Source: Mizuhopecten yessoensis
Taxonomy: Eukaryota
Reading direction: 5' to 3'
Length of the DNA: 64,000 bases
Assembly: GCF_002113885.1 (NCBI RefSeq)
Contig: NW_018405229.1
Span: 96,086 to 160,085, forward strand
Shown: positions 28,574-41,365 of the stretch, in pieces
Layout of the letters: every line of letters starts with the position of its first letter
Position numbering within the stretch: position 1 is the first letter of the stretch
Program-made: the position numbers and the translations under genes
The notes under the pieces: generated by a model
What the model saw: only the letters and a program-made list of their open reading frames with translations
Told to the model about the DNA's origin: nothing
The model's database searches: none

Positions 28574-29718
28574 TATTAACATTTTAAAAACACCGATTGT
28601 ATTGATCACATACACATTGAGTAATTGATTGGTTTAAACTTGTTAAAACTTCCCATATTAAGATCCTACAAGAAATTGTCAATTTGGATGTCTACTTTCA
28701 CCAGTTACAATCAATGATTGTGTTACCCTCCCCTCGACCGAACCTCCTTACACAAATGTGAGCAGTCACCTGACAGGAAACACAATTACTAAATCTGATG
28801 TAACCGCGAACCACACACGGCTTATTGTAGCGGGAATTGAAATAAGATATTTAAAGTTTGGAAACTCAAAGTTGGACTTTATTTACAGTTCTGCATACAG
28901 TTGTAAGTGAAATTGTCACCCATGCTTTTTGGGGTTTGTTTTAAAATATTTTATTCCTCCCAGCCAAACATTTTATGAATATATTATACTGATAAGTATA
29001 TACAGATATACTAATAAATTGATAGGAACTGCCAGGGTTGGGGAGCCCTGGAGTCAGTCCCCTAAACAATATGGTGTCCTCACGTCACCCATGTTTGTGC
29101 ATGGTTTCTGAGATGAACTATACCAGTTCGTGGATTTGAATGGAGACAACATTATTGGTAAGATAAGTGGTTCAGCTAACACTAGCAATTCACACGATTA
29201 TAACCTGTGGTAGTAGCTAGGATAATAGCGCGCTTAAGTTTGTCCTCTTCGGTTCTTTCTGATGTAACCCTCTGGTATATTTTGTATCTATTATCAACGC
29301 TGTGGTATAGGTTGCTCTTGTTTGTAATGCTGTGATACACTTTAGCCTTGCTTGCGAACGATTTGTTATAGTTTTGTCCCTTTTGAACGTTGTGCTAGGT
29401 TTGACATCAGAAACCGAGTACACACACATCCATCCAAAGGGAAATAACATAATATACAAAATGCTGATAAAACAAATGTGATATTACTAAATGTGACAAC
29501 TGTCACCACGTGTTCCAACAAACCCCGAACAGCATGTCCGCCACCATCGATCTAACACACCATGAATACATGTTACATCATAGAGAGATGTTATACCCTA
29601 GAGAGGTACAGAATGTCCTATTTAGAAAGAAGACTACAATATATTCAAACTGTGTCGTCCCAATATGCCCGTTAGATGGCTTAGCTATCCAGCAAATAAT
29701 GGTATTGAATGCATTCTG

Positions 29719-31347
29719 TGGAGTGGTAGTTCAATGGGGTGGTAGTTCAATGCGGTGGTAGTTCAATGGGGTGGTAGTTCAATGGAGTGGTAGTTCAATG
29801 GAGTGTTGGTTCAATGGGGTGTTAGTTCAATGGAGTGTTAGTTCAATGGGGTGGTAGTTCAATGAGGTGGTAGTTCAATGGAGTGGTAGTTCAATGGGGT
29901 GGGTAGTTCAATGGAGTGGTAGTTCAATGGAGTGGTAGTTCAATGGGGTGGTAGTTCAATGGGGTGGTAGTTCAATGGAGTGGTAGTTCAATGGAGTGGT
30001 AGTTCAATGGAGTGGTAGTTCAATGGGGTGGTAGTTCAATGGGGTGGTAGTTCAATGGAGTGGTAGTTCAATGGAGTGGTAGTTCAATGGAGTGGTAGTT
30101 CAATGGGGTGGTAGTTCAATGGGGTGGTAGTTCAATGGAGTGGTAGTTCAATGGAGTGGTAGTTCAATGGAGTGGTAGTTCAATGGGGTGGTAGTTCAAT
30201 GGGGTGGTAGTTCAATGGAGTGGTAGTTCAATGGGGTGGTAGTTCAATGGAGTGGTAGTTCAATGGGGTGGTAGTTCAATGGGGTGGTAGTTCAATGGAG
30301 TGGTAGTTCAATGGGGTGGTAGTTCAATGGAGTGGTAGTTCAATGGGGTGGGTAGTTCAATAGGGTGGTAGTTCAATGGAGTGGTAGTTCAATGGAGTGG
30401 TAGTTCAATGGAGTGGTAGTTCAATGGGGTGGTAGTTCAATGGGGTGGTAGTTCAATGGAGTGGTAGTTCAATGGGGTGGTAGTTCAATGGAGTGGTAGT
30501 TCAATGGGGTGGGTAGTTCAATAGAGTGGTAGTTCAATGGAGTGGTAGTTCAATGGAGTGGTAGTTCAATGGGGTGGTAGTTCAATGGGGTGGTAGTTCA
30601 ATGGGGTGGTAGTTCAATGGAGTGGTAGTTCAATGGGGTGGTAGTTCAATGGAGTGGTAGTTCAATGGGGTGGGTAGTTCAATAGAGTGGTAGTTCAATG
30701 GAGTGGTAGTTCAATGGAGTGGTAGTTCAATGGGGTGGTAGTTCAATGGGGTGGTAGTTCAATGGGGTGGTAGTTCAATGGGGTGGTAGTTCAATGGAGT
30801 GGTAGTTCAATGGGGTGGTAGTTCAATGGAGTGGTAGTTCAATGGGGTGGGTAGTTCAATAGAGTGGTAGTTCAATGGAGTGGTAGTTCAATGGAGTGGT
30901 AGTTCAATGGAGTGGTAGTTCAATGGGGTGGTAGTTCAATGGGGTGGTAGTTCAATGGGGTGGTAGTTCAATGGAGTGGTAGTTCAATGGGGTGGTAGTT
31001 CAATGGAGTGGTAGTTCAATGGGGTGGGTAGTTCAATAGGGTGGTAGTTCAATGGAGTGGTAGTTCAATGGAGTGGTAGTTCAATGGGGTGGTAGTTCAA
31101 TGGGGTGGTAGTTCAATGGGGTGGTAGTTCAATGGAGTGGTAGTTCAATGGGGTGGTAGTTCAATGGAGTGGTAGTTCAATGGGGTGGGTAGTTCAATAG
31201 GGTGGTAGTTCAATGGAATGGTAGTTCAATGGGGTGGTAGTTTAATGGAATGGTAGTTCAATGGAGTGGTAGTTCAATGGGGTGGGTAGTTCAATAGAGT
31301 GGAAGTTCAATGGAGTGGTAGTTCAATGGAGTGGTGATTCAATGGGG
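29719..31347. repeat. G-rich 16/17-bp minisatellite (ggRgtggtagttcaat), ~100 units
   Basis: Direct inspection. Confidence 0.98.
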
Positions 31348-32696
31348 TCTTGTAACTCTATGAGCAAGGTGGTATTGCGCTCCTTCTGATGGTAGGAATA
31401 CCATTGAACTTAGTCATCTGATAGAGTGCTTGGGTGAAGTAACCACAAATGGTACTGAATGTGAAATCATGAACGACCTGAAATATACTGTCTTTAACAT
31501 TAAACATGTTTCCTGACAACGTCTGTTCAAGACCCATCTAATTTTGTATTCGCCTGATCTTTTTTAATTCCAATGCCATACTCATACATAACAATCATAT
31601 TGGGTTACAGGAGATTAAGATGAAATAATAAACGCGATTGCTCTGACAGATGATTGGTCTTTAATCCAAACTATAAGTGGACCTGACTTCAGTCGCTAAT
31701 TAATTATAACCATCCTTTAAGTCCGTACGATGGAGGGATATAACGGCTGTGTATGTTACCCTACACCTGATAGACTCTTGTCTGGATGCGTTATGTAATT
31801 TTATAATAATGTAAGAGATTTACAAATTATCAAATTACATGTCAATAGAATACTTGTAAGCGACAAGCTAAAATGAAGGCCCTATCATACGTATCTCTGT
31901 TTTACACGTATTTGATACAGAATGTTCCATCCCACATGCACACACGTATTATAAACCAATGTTATGAACCTATGTAGACACGCGTTATATGTCAATGTTA
32001 TGCCCGTATAATCCATTCATTGCACACAGGAGAGGTATATACGTGGTTTGAGACATACACGTTGTAGTTAACGCATCGACAAAGTCATATGGAATCCTGC
32101 TAGTCATGACTACCGCTTCGTCGTTCTCTCCACCTCAACGTGACGAATAAAATGCGATGACGAAGCGATGATTGCGTTGCGTCGCTCCATCACCATCGTG
32201 ATTCCGCTCATTTGCTCTATATGAAAAAGATCGGGCTTTGCTTATAGAACAGACTCGGTGGTCATTGCAAAATACTGAGGTTTATTAAGGATGCAAACTA
32301 AAAATAAAGATTGCGTTAAACGTCAATGAACGAGGGTCATTCAATAAATTCTGTCACCACACAACTCCCATACGAACAAGAAATAAGATAGTTTAACACC
32401 TTGACAGACTGCAAAAGCATCTAAAGAACGATGCACGTGCCAACTTTCTACATCATCCGACAATAATTGAACAGACTATTTCTTGTTGAATGATATGGTA
32501 TGACTTGTAGGTACTTTCATTGCTTAAATAAAGGTTAAATGCTCCCTGGTAAACAGTATGCATAAAGGAGTGTGTTTGGGCAGTGCGATCTTCCAGTGTT
32601 TTGCCAGTATACCAAGAGGGAATTACCGTGTAGCGTTTGAATAATGGAAAGCACGATTGCGAAAATACATTTCTGCTAAGGGGGACACTTCGAAGG

Positions 32697-34101
32697 AATG
32701 TAATAGACAGACACAACTTTATACAACATATCTCTAATGTAATAGACAGATACAACTTTATACAACATATCTCTAATGTTACAGACAGACACAACTTTAT
32801 ACAACATATCTCTAATGTTACAGACAGACACAACTTTATACATCATATCTCTAATGTAATAGACAGATATAACTTTATACAACATATCTCTAATGTAATA
32901 GACAGAAACAACTTTATACAACATATCTCTAATGTAATAGACAGATATAACTTTATACAACATATCTCTAATGTAATAGACAGATACAACTTTATACAAC
33001 ATATTCCTAAGTCCTGACACTTAGACAGATACAACTTTATACAACATATTCCTAAGTCCTGACACTTAGACAGATACAACTTTATACAACATATCCCTAA
33101 GTCCTGACACTTAGACAGATACAACTTTATACAACATATTCCTAATTCCTGACACTTAGACAGATACAACTTTATACAACATATCCCTAAGTCCTGACAC
33201 TTAGACAGATACAACTTTATACAACATATCCCTTAGTCCTGACACTTAGACAGATACAACTTTATACAACATATTCCTAATTCCTGACACTTAGACAGAT
33301 ACAACTTTATACAACATATCCCTAAGTCCTGACACTTAGACAGATACAACTTTATACAACATATTCCTAATTCCTGACACTTAGACAGATACAACTTTAT
33401 ACAACATATCCCTAAGTCCTGACACTTAGACAGATACAACTTTATACAACATATCCCTAATTCCTGACACTTAGACAGATACAACTTTATACAACATATC
33501 CCTAATTCCTGACACTTAGACAGATACAACTTTATACAACATATCCCTAAGTCCTGACACTTAGACAGATACAACTTTATACAACATATTCCTAATTCCT
33601 GACACTTAGACAGATACAACTTTATACAACATATCCCTAATTCCTGACACTTAGACAGATACAACTTTATACAACATATCCCTAATTCCTGACACTTAGA
33701 CAGATACAACTTTATACAACATATCCCTAATTCCTGACACTTAGACAGATACAACTTTATACAACATATCCCTAATTCCTGACACTTAGACAGATACAAC
33801 TTTATACAACATATCCCTAATTCCTGACACTTAGACAGATACAACTTTATACAACATATCCCTAATTCCTGACACTTAGACAGATACAACTTTATACAAC
33901 ATATCCCTAATTCCTGACACTTAGACAGATACAACTTTATACAACATATCCCTAATTCCTGACACTTAGACAGATACAACTTTATACAACATATCCCTAA
34001 TTCCTGACACTTAGACAGATACAACTTTATACAACATATCCCTAATTCCTGACACTTAGACAGATACAACTTTATACAACATATCCCTAATTCCTGACAC
34101 T
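32697..34101. repeat. Compound array: 39-bp units, then 42-bp units sharing agacagatacaactttatacaacatat
   Basis: Switch at ~33005; 13-aa and 14-aa periodic pseudo-ORFs. Confidence 0.97.
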
Positions 34102-34364
34102 GGTGACAACCTTTATTGATTGACCCTCGTTGATAGATTTGAGTAAAAGGTGGGGAGAGTGAGAAAGAATTTGTCACATACCTAGACAATAATTTCTGAT
34201 TTACGTAATACCTAAACCTTTGGCTGTTAATACTGCCATCCATTTTATAGGATATATGAATATTAAGGTTAGTTGCGTTTTAGAGACACTGCATGTAGCT
34301 ACCATGCTATTTAGCAGTTTCTTAGAAGTTCGTAGCAAGAAAAATAAAAAATAAACCTACCATA

Positions 34365-34500
34365 TACTGTACCGTTTAACCTTTCTACTTGTCTATTTAA
34401 TCGTGGGCGGTAAGGCGTTGTACGGGCTTTGTGGATCTGTAAAGCCTGGTACAACAATTCAGTGAGTTTGCTCTTAAAATTGCGTCTCTGGTCCAAGAAA
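34365..34500 (-). mobile_element. Decayed Ty3/Gypsy integrase core fragment
   Basis: DQRRNFKSKL...LQIHKARTTPYRPRLNRQVERLNGT matches the rve consensus SDQGxNF...RTTPYxPxxNGxVERxNxT. Confidence 0.75.
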
Positions 34501-34705
34501 CCGTCACAAGGAATAGCATATACCTTCAGAAGGATCGATCGCATAATCCTAGATTGATTAGAACCAACGATACGTGAAATGATTCTTGTTACTTTAATTG
34601 ATTCATTTTAACTTTGGATGTTAAATGAAACCTGTCACAATCACACATAGTATACATTACATTAGTTACTGAAACATTTCTGTAAGTCTTTCCTTATTCC
34701 CTTAG

Positions 34706-34840
34706 GAGCATTCATGATCCCCTACGTAGTGATGTTACTGTTTGGAGGACTACCCCTCTTCTACATGGAGCTGGCCCTGGGACAGTACCAGAGGTGTGGC
34801 TGTCTGACGGTGTGGGATAGGATATGTCCCGCCTTCAAAG
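34706..34840 (+). CDS. SLC6A4: SERT coding exon 2 (TM2)
   Basis: Acceptor tccttattcccttag; [45 protein letters not shown]; donor AAG|GTAAGC; 135 nt. Not in the ORF track. Confidence 0.96.
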
Positions 34841-37050
34841 GTAAGCTGAAGTATATGTAATACAGGTGTGGGTGTCTGACATTGTGTTGCAGGATTTGTC
34901 CCGCCTCCAAAGGTAGGCTGACGTTATACAGGTGTGGTACAGGATCTGTCCCGCCTCAAGAGTTAGGTTGACGTTATACAGGTGTGGAGCAGAATCTGTC
35001 CCGCCTACAGAGGTTGCTTACGTTATATAGTTGTGGGATAAGATCTGTCCCGCCTCCAGAGGTAGGCTGACGTTATACAGGTGTAGGACAGGATCTGTCC
35101 CGCCTCCAGAGTTAGGTTGACGTTATACAGGTGTGGAACAGAATCTATCCCGTCTCCAGAAGTAGGCTGACGTTATACAGTTGTGGGACAGGATCTGTCC
35201 CGCCTCCAGAGGTAGACTGACGTTATACAGGTGTGGGACAGGATCTGTCCCGCCTCCAGAGTTAGGTTGACGTTATACAGGTGTGGACCAGAATTTGTCC
35301 CGCCTACAGAGGTAGGTTGACGTTATACAGTTGTGGGACAGGATCTGTCCCGCCTCCAGAGTTAGGTTGACGTTATACAGGTGTGGACCAGAATTTGTCC
35401 CGCCTACAGAGGTAGGTTGACGTTATACAGTTGTGGGACAGGATCTGTCCCGCCTCCAGAGTTAGGTTGACGTTATACAGGTGTGGGATAGGATCTGTCC
35501 CGCCTCAAGAGTTAGGCTGTCTGACATTGTTGGACTGGATCTGTTCCGCCTCCAGAGTTAGGTTGACGTTATACAGGTGTGGAGCAGAATCTGTCCCGCC
35601 TACAGAGGTTGCTTACGTTATACAGTTGTGGGATAAGATCTGTCCCGCCTCCAGAGGTAGGCTGACGTTATACAGGTGTAGGACAGGATCTGTCCCGCCT
35701 CCAGAGTTAGGTTGACGTTATACAGGTGTGAACCAGAATCTGTCCCGCCTACAGAGGTAGGTTGACGTTATACAGTTGTGGGACAGGATTTGTCCCGCCT
35801 CAAAAGGTAGGCTGACGTTATACAGGGGTGGGACAGGATCTGGCCCGCCTCCAGAGTTAGGCTGTCGGACATTGTTGGACTGGATCTGTTCCTCCTCCAT
35901 AGTTAGGTTGACGTTATACAGGTGTGGGACAGGATCTGTCCCGCCTCCAGAGTTAGGCTGTCTGACATTGTTGGACTGGATCTGTTCCGCCTCCAGAGTT
36001 AGGTTGACGTTATACAGGTTTGGAGCAGAACCTGTCCCGCCTCCAGAGGTAGGCTGATATGTATATAGGTGTGGGACAGGATCTGTCTCGCCTCCAGAGA
36101 TAGACTGACGTTATACAGGTGTGGAACAGGATCTGTCCCGCCTCCAGAGTTAGGTTGACGTTATACAGGTGTGGGACAGGATCTGTATCGCCTCCAGAGG
36201 TAGACTGACGTTATACAGGTGTGGAGCACAATCTGTCCCGCCTTCAGAGTTAGGTTGACGTTATATAGGTGTGGAGCAGAATCTGTCCCGCCTCCAGAAG
36301 TATACTGACGTTATACAGGTGTGGGGCAGGATATGTTCCGCCTACAGAAGTAGGCTGACGTTATACAGGTGTGGGACAGGATCTGTCCCGCCTCAAAAGG
36401 TAGGCTGACGTTATACAGGTGTGGCTGTCTGACATTGTTTGACTGGATCTGTCCCGCCTCCAGAGTTAGGCTGTCTGACATTGTTGGACTGGATCTGTCC
36501 CGCCTCCAGAGTTAGGTTGACGTTATGCAGGCTTGGAGCAGAATCTGTTCCGCCTCCAGAGGTAGGCTGACATTATATAGGTGTGGGACAGGATCAGTCT
36601 CGCCTCCAGAGGTAGACTGACGTTATACAGGTGTGGGACAGGATCTGTCTCGCCTCCAGAGTTAGGTTGACGTTATACAGGTGTGGGCCAGGATCTGTCC
36701 CGCCTCCAGAGTTAGGTTGACGTTATACAGGTGTGGGGCAGGATCTGTCTCGCCTCCAGAGGTAGACTGACGTTATACAGGTGTGGAGCAGAATCTGTCC
36801 CGCCTCCAGAGTTAGGTTGACGTTATATAGGTGTGGACCAGAATCTGTCCCGCCTCCAGAAGTATACTGACGTTATACAGGTGTTGGGCAGGATCTGTTC
36901 CGCCTACAGAAGTAGGCTGACGTTATACAGGTGTGGGACATGATCTGTCCCGCCTCCAAAGGTTTAAGCTGACGTAATAATGGTATGGCTGTCGACACTG
37001 TCGGACAGAATCTGTCCCCTCCCCAGCTTCAAAAGTAGACTGACGCAATA
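34841..37050 (+). repeat. ~50-bp tandem array derived from the exon 2/intron 2 junction, ~44 units
   Basis: Unit gtgtgggacaggatctgtcccgcctccagag-gtaggctgacgttatacag versus exon gtgtgggataggatatgtcccgccttcaaag|gtaagctgaag. Confidence 0.96.
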
Positions 37051-38010
37051 GGCATAATCGTATGAAAATGTACAAACAACTGATTTCAGATAGAGGTTCG
37101 TGCAATTTTATCTATTATCAAGTTAAATGATTACTTGATGTTACACATATAGTTATACCGCAATATCGGTTCAAGTTATACACTCAATGATATGCTCCTG
37201 TATAACGCCCCGTTACCGTGTAGGATATGTACTCTACCAACTTCAGACCTATGACCTACACTAAGCGTTACTGAAGTTTAAGATGATGATTGGATATGAT
37301 TTATCAACTAGGGTACACTTTGTTTCGTACCTTTTTATATAAATGCGAGAATATGTGGGTCACATCGTATGATTGTTTCCATTGCCCGTCCAACATGTTT
37401 CCTCTATTGGCCTTTGCCTTAACCCGTTTATTGAGTATCGTCAGTACAGCATTCTACTTTTTGTGGTAAGGAATGTGTTGTGAACAAATACTGAACGAGA
37501 ACGTCACTTATCGGTATACTTGTATAAAGTGGTCATAGGGAATTACCACCTCCTTAAGATATGTCCTTACCAGTTGTACGCGTGCATTCACTTCATAAGT
37601 GAGTGGTTGACTTCGGTCGAACTCAACACGCCATTTTCGCTGTCGATGACAATAGTGTTGTTATTCTTCGGAAGTGGTAAAATTCCTTTGATTATAGTGT
37701 ATTTTATGGATAGATACGGTTGCGTCTGTATAAAGAAATAATTCAAATCATGGAGTAAAAACTAACCCGAAACGGATCTGAGCCATGGTAATTTTAAATG
37801 TCAAGAGAAAGGATTCAGAACTGGTACTATCCGGAATACCAACGCATAACACAATGGGTTAACTTCCTCTTAAAATATCATCAAAACCGCTTTTGAGTAC
37901 AACAATAAACACTAACTAGCAATCTCAGGAATGATAGATAAATGGAGGCTTAGGTTTTACCTAACAGTTTAAAATTGTCCAGCATTCTTAGCATATACAG
38001 TGGTAGCTGT

Positions 38011-38410
38011 ATCAAAACGAGATCACCTAGGTGAAATATAAGACAACACTCATAGGGAAGACATTGGTAGCTGTAGCAAAGGCATTTTTTTAAGAATTAA
38101 ACATTTATCTCCGACCTTCGAATTGGTAGACAGTGGAAACTTTGTCAAAACGAGATCACCTAGGTGAAATATAAGACAACAATCTTAGGGAAGACATCAG
38201 TAGCTGTAGCAAAAGCAATTTATTTAAGAATTAAACATTTATCTCCGACCTTCGAATTGGTAGACAGTGGAAACTTTGTCAAAACGAGTTCACCTAGGTG
38301 AAATATAAGACAACAATCCTAGGGAAGACATCGGTAGCTGTAGCAAAAGCAGTTTATTTAAGAATTAAACATTTATCTCCGAACTCCGAATTGGTAGACA
38401 GTGGAAACTG
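38011..38410. repeat. ~133-bp tandem repeat, three units
   Basis: cgagatcacctaggtgaaatataagacaac at 38018 and 38151, and with one substitution at 38285. Confidence 0.92.
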
Positions 38411-38705
38411 TCAAATCGAGTTTATTTCAAATTAAAACATTAGCCAGCATTCTTAGCGTAGGCAGTAGTTGCTTTTTCAAGCCAGTTTACCCAAAGGTAA
38501 ACTATATGACAACAATCTTAGGGTAAACAATGGTATCTGTATCAAACCCAGTTTATTTAACAGTTTGGTGTATTTCAAGCATCTGAATTGTGATGCGTAC
38601 AGAGACCTTCCCTTTGTGACGAACAAATCCTTTGGGTGCAGCTATGTATATCGCTAACGTAGTCCTGGTTTTCTGAGACGTGAAGTATGCTGTTCTTGGT
38701 TACAG

Positions 38706-39000
38706 GGATAGGCCTGGCAATTTGTGTGATAGCTACCTATGTCGCCTGGTATTACAATACAATCATCGCTTGGGCAGTCTTTTACTTCTTCTCGGCTTGG
38801 CGTGCAGAAGTACCATGGCGGACGTGCAACAACCCATGGAACAACAACGAAACCTGTACTATCTACGAACGACTACTCATGGGGAATACCACCAAGCTAT
38901 ACAGTAACGCCAGCAACATGGCGAACTTAACCACAACCACCATGGCCGCATCGACAGGTCCCGCGATCATACGAAAGTCACCAACAGAGGAATTCTTCGA
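38706..39000 (+). CDS. SLC6A4: SERT coding exon 3 (TM3, EL2)
   Basis: Acceptor ttcttggttacag; GIGLAICVIATYVAWYYNTIIAWAVFY...PWRTCNNPWNNNETC...SPTEEFF; donor GA|GTAAGT; 295 nt. Confidence 0.96.
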
Positions 39001-40210
39001 GTAAGTATATATTCTTGTTTAGATTAAACATAACATCTCTGTTAACTCCCCCAAAGCAGGTGCTATTGATAGGCCATACGACTAGTGTTACGTTCGAGTA
39101 CCGTATGGGCACTCCAGAGGAACCATTGGATGTCTTTTTGAACTGCCCTTTACTCTGTGTTACAAACATTACACGAGGATTACCCGACACTTGTTCAGGT
39201 TAACCTTTGGGAACTAGCCTCGAGACTTCACGACATATTATTGACGTGGCACAGACAAAACGCTTAGCCTAATCGTATGGATTACTGTGTGCTAGTAACT
39301 CGGCATTTTATGAAAAACGAAATTTGCCAAAAAGTGGGGAAAATACCATTAATGTCAATACCATTAATGCACCACAAGTCTGTCTAAGATAACATACTAT
39401 TCAAGTTTTAAATATAAAGGGTTAGGTTCATATATATAATGTTTAAATTACATTGTATTTTAATCCCATTACTTCCAAGCTTTTTAATTGTAGGCAAATA
39501 ATACCACAGCTGAATATAGATTTCTTTGTTTTAATCGCCATACAACTATTGCCCAGCTAATTACATAGTAACTGGCGACCAAAGTGTTATCTTCAATATT
39601 AAGCTATGGGAACTTCAAATCAAGGGGCCAAAGTATCTCTCAACACCTCTTTTCGACATTATTCTATCAATTTGTGTTTCTCTATATTACTTTCTTATCA
39701 TTATTATTTTTCTTTTGATTTAAATAAAGCGGATATGTATCACAACACTTACAACAATCGTGGTAGTTTCCAGTCTCTGTTGTATATGTAAAGGTACAAG
39801 CGTCTTTTGTCTGAATCGTATTCTCAATATCTCAGTTGTATTACCTTGTTGTACATTGCTTTTTCCATTGTTCCTATCTCCCTTTTTGTGCTTAAATGTC
39901 AAGAAGTTTCAATCCCGTTTGAAGATCTTCGTATATGAATACAGCAAGCATTCCACCTACTGTAAACAAGAAACAATATACACATCATTTATATCGTTTG
40001 AACGTTTTGAAGGTGCTTGATCAAATTAACCGTAATACAATGTACAGACACATGGGCTAAAGCATACAACGAGCCAAGCGAACACATTGCCCATGCCTAT
40101 TGTGTAACAGATATACATGTACGTAGCACTGTAATAGACTAAGGCTGCGATATATAAATGTCTTAATTAGCAATCAACAAATGTTTACTACACTGCATTA
40201 GCAGTTGTAG

Positions 40211-40792
40211 TTACACGTACCAATGCGCATGTATGTCACATACGGACATCATCATATGCTATTACACGTACCAATGCGCGTGTATGTCACATACGGACAT
40301 CATGATATGCTATTACACGTACCAATGCGCCTGTATGTCACACACGGACATCATCATACATTTTATGCTATTACACGTACCAATGCGCGTGTATGTCACA
40401 CAAGAACATCATCATACGCTATTACACGTACTAATGCGCGTTTATGTCACACACGAACATCATCATACGCTATTACACGTACCAATGCGCGTGAATGTCA
40501 CATACGGACATCATCAGATGTAATTTACGTACCAATGTGCGTATATTTCTCAAAGGAACATAATCAGGTGCTGTTTCCCGTACCAATGTGCGTATATGTC
40601 TCAAAGGAACATCATCAGGTGCTGTTTCCCGTACCAATGTGCGTGCATGGCTAAACGGGACATCCTCAGGTGCTGTTTCACGTACTAAAGCGCGTGTATG
40701 TCTCAAAGTAACATCATCAGGTGCTGTTTCACGTACCAATGCGCGTGTATGTCGCATACGGACATCATCAAGTGCTGTTACACGTACCAATG
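40211..40792. repeat. ~51-bp minisatellite (ttacacgtaccaatgcgcgtgtatgtcac...), ~11 units
   Basis: Direct inspection. Confidence 0.92.
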
Positions 40793-40890
40793 CTAAACCA
40801 ACACGTTGGCGTATATGTCTTACGACACATAATTCAGATGATAATATGTGTGTGGTGTTAATTGCCAACTCCAATCGGAGAAATGGATTG

Positions 40891-41365
40891 GGCGGATAGG
40901 TCGAGTGGTTAACACTCCGGCCTTCCAAGCAGGCGACCGGGGTTCGATCCCCGATTTCGCCGTACGCATGGAATATTAGAGAAAGTGTTTTTCTCCTGCC
41001 CACACAACTCCAACAACCCAGGTGGAGTATAAAATGGTCAGGGGTGTGGGTTGCGGTATCTGTGCTGTAGCATTCAAATGAGGTGGCACTATAAATGATA
41101 TCGTTGGAAGCACGGTCCCACTACAAACAGAACACAATACATCTCCAGCACACACACAGGCATACACACATAGGGAGATATTAGCCAGGTGGCATAGGAC
41201 TAGTAGTTAGCGCCTAATAAGGCAGCTCCTGCGAATTCCTCAATATTGTATTGATTAATATATAAAATTGGTTATCTATGTACTGTAAAGCGCTTTAGAG
41301 TGGCTTATGTTAGCTAGATAGGGCGCTATATCAAATGTTGTATTTTATTATTATTATTTTTATTA
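40891..41365 (+). mobile_element. tRNA-Gly(TCC)-derived SINE, copy 1 (intron 3)
   Basis: A-box (ggtcgagtgg), gccttccaagcag anticodon arm, B-box ggttcgatcc, L2-like tail tgtaaagcgctttagag...gcgctatatcaaat and (tat)n. Second copy at 50927. Confidence 0.9.

Noticed and set aside
33233-34243. 336-aa Cys-rich minus-strand ORF
   Set aside because: Translation of a 42-bp repeat whose length is a multiple of three; no domain or independent gene signals.
35431-36057. ORFs starting WDRICPA as functional mutually exclusive exon 2 variants
   Set aside because: Only the last ~10-16 codons of the exon are copied (TM2 is absent), and the 50-bp unit breaks frame.
40891-40962. Functional tRNA-Gly gene
   Set aside because: Mismatched stems, no Pol III T-run terminator, and continuity with a 400-bp body repeated at 50927; it is a SINE head.
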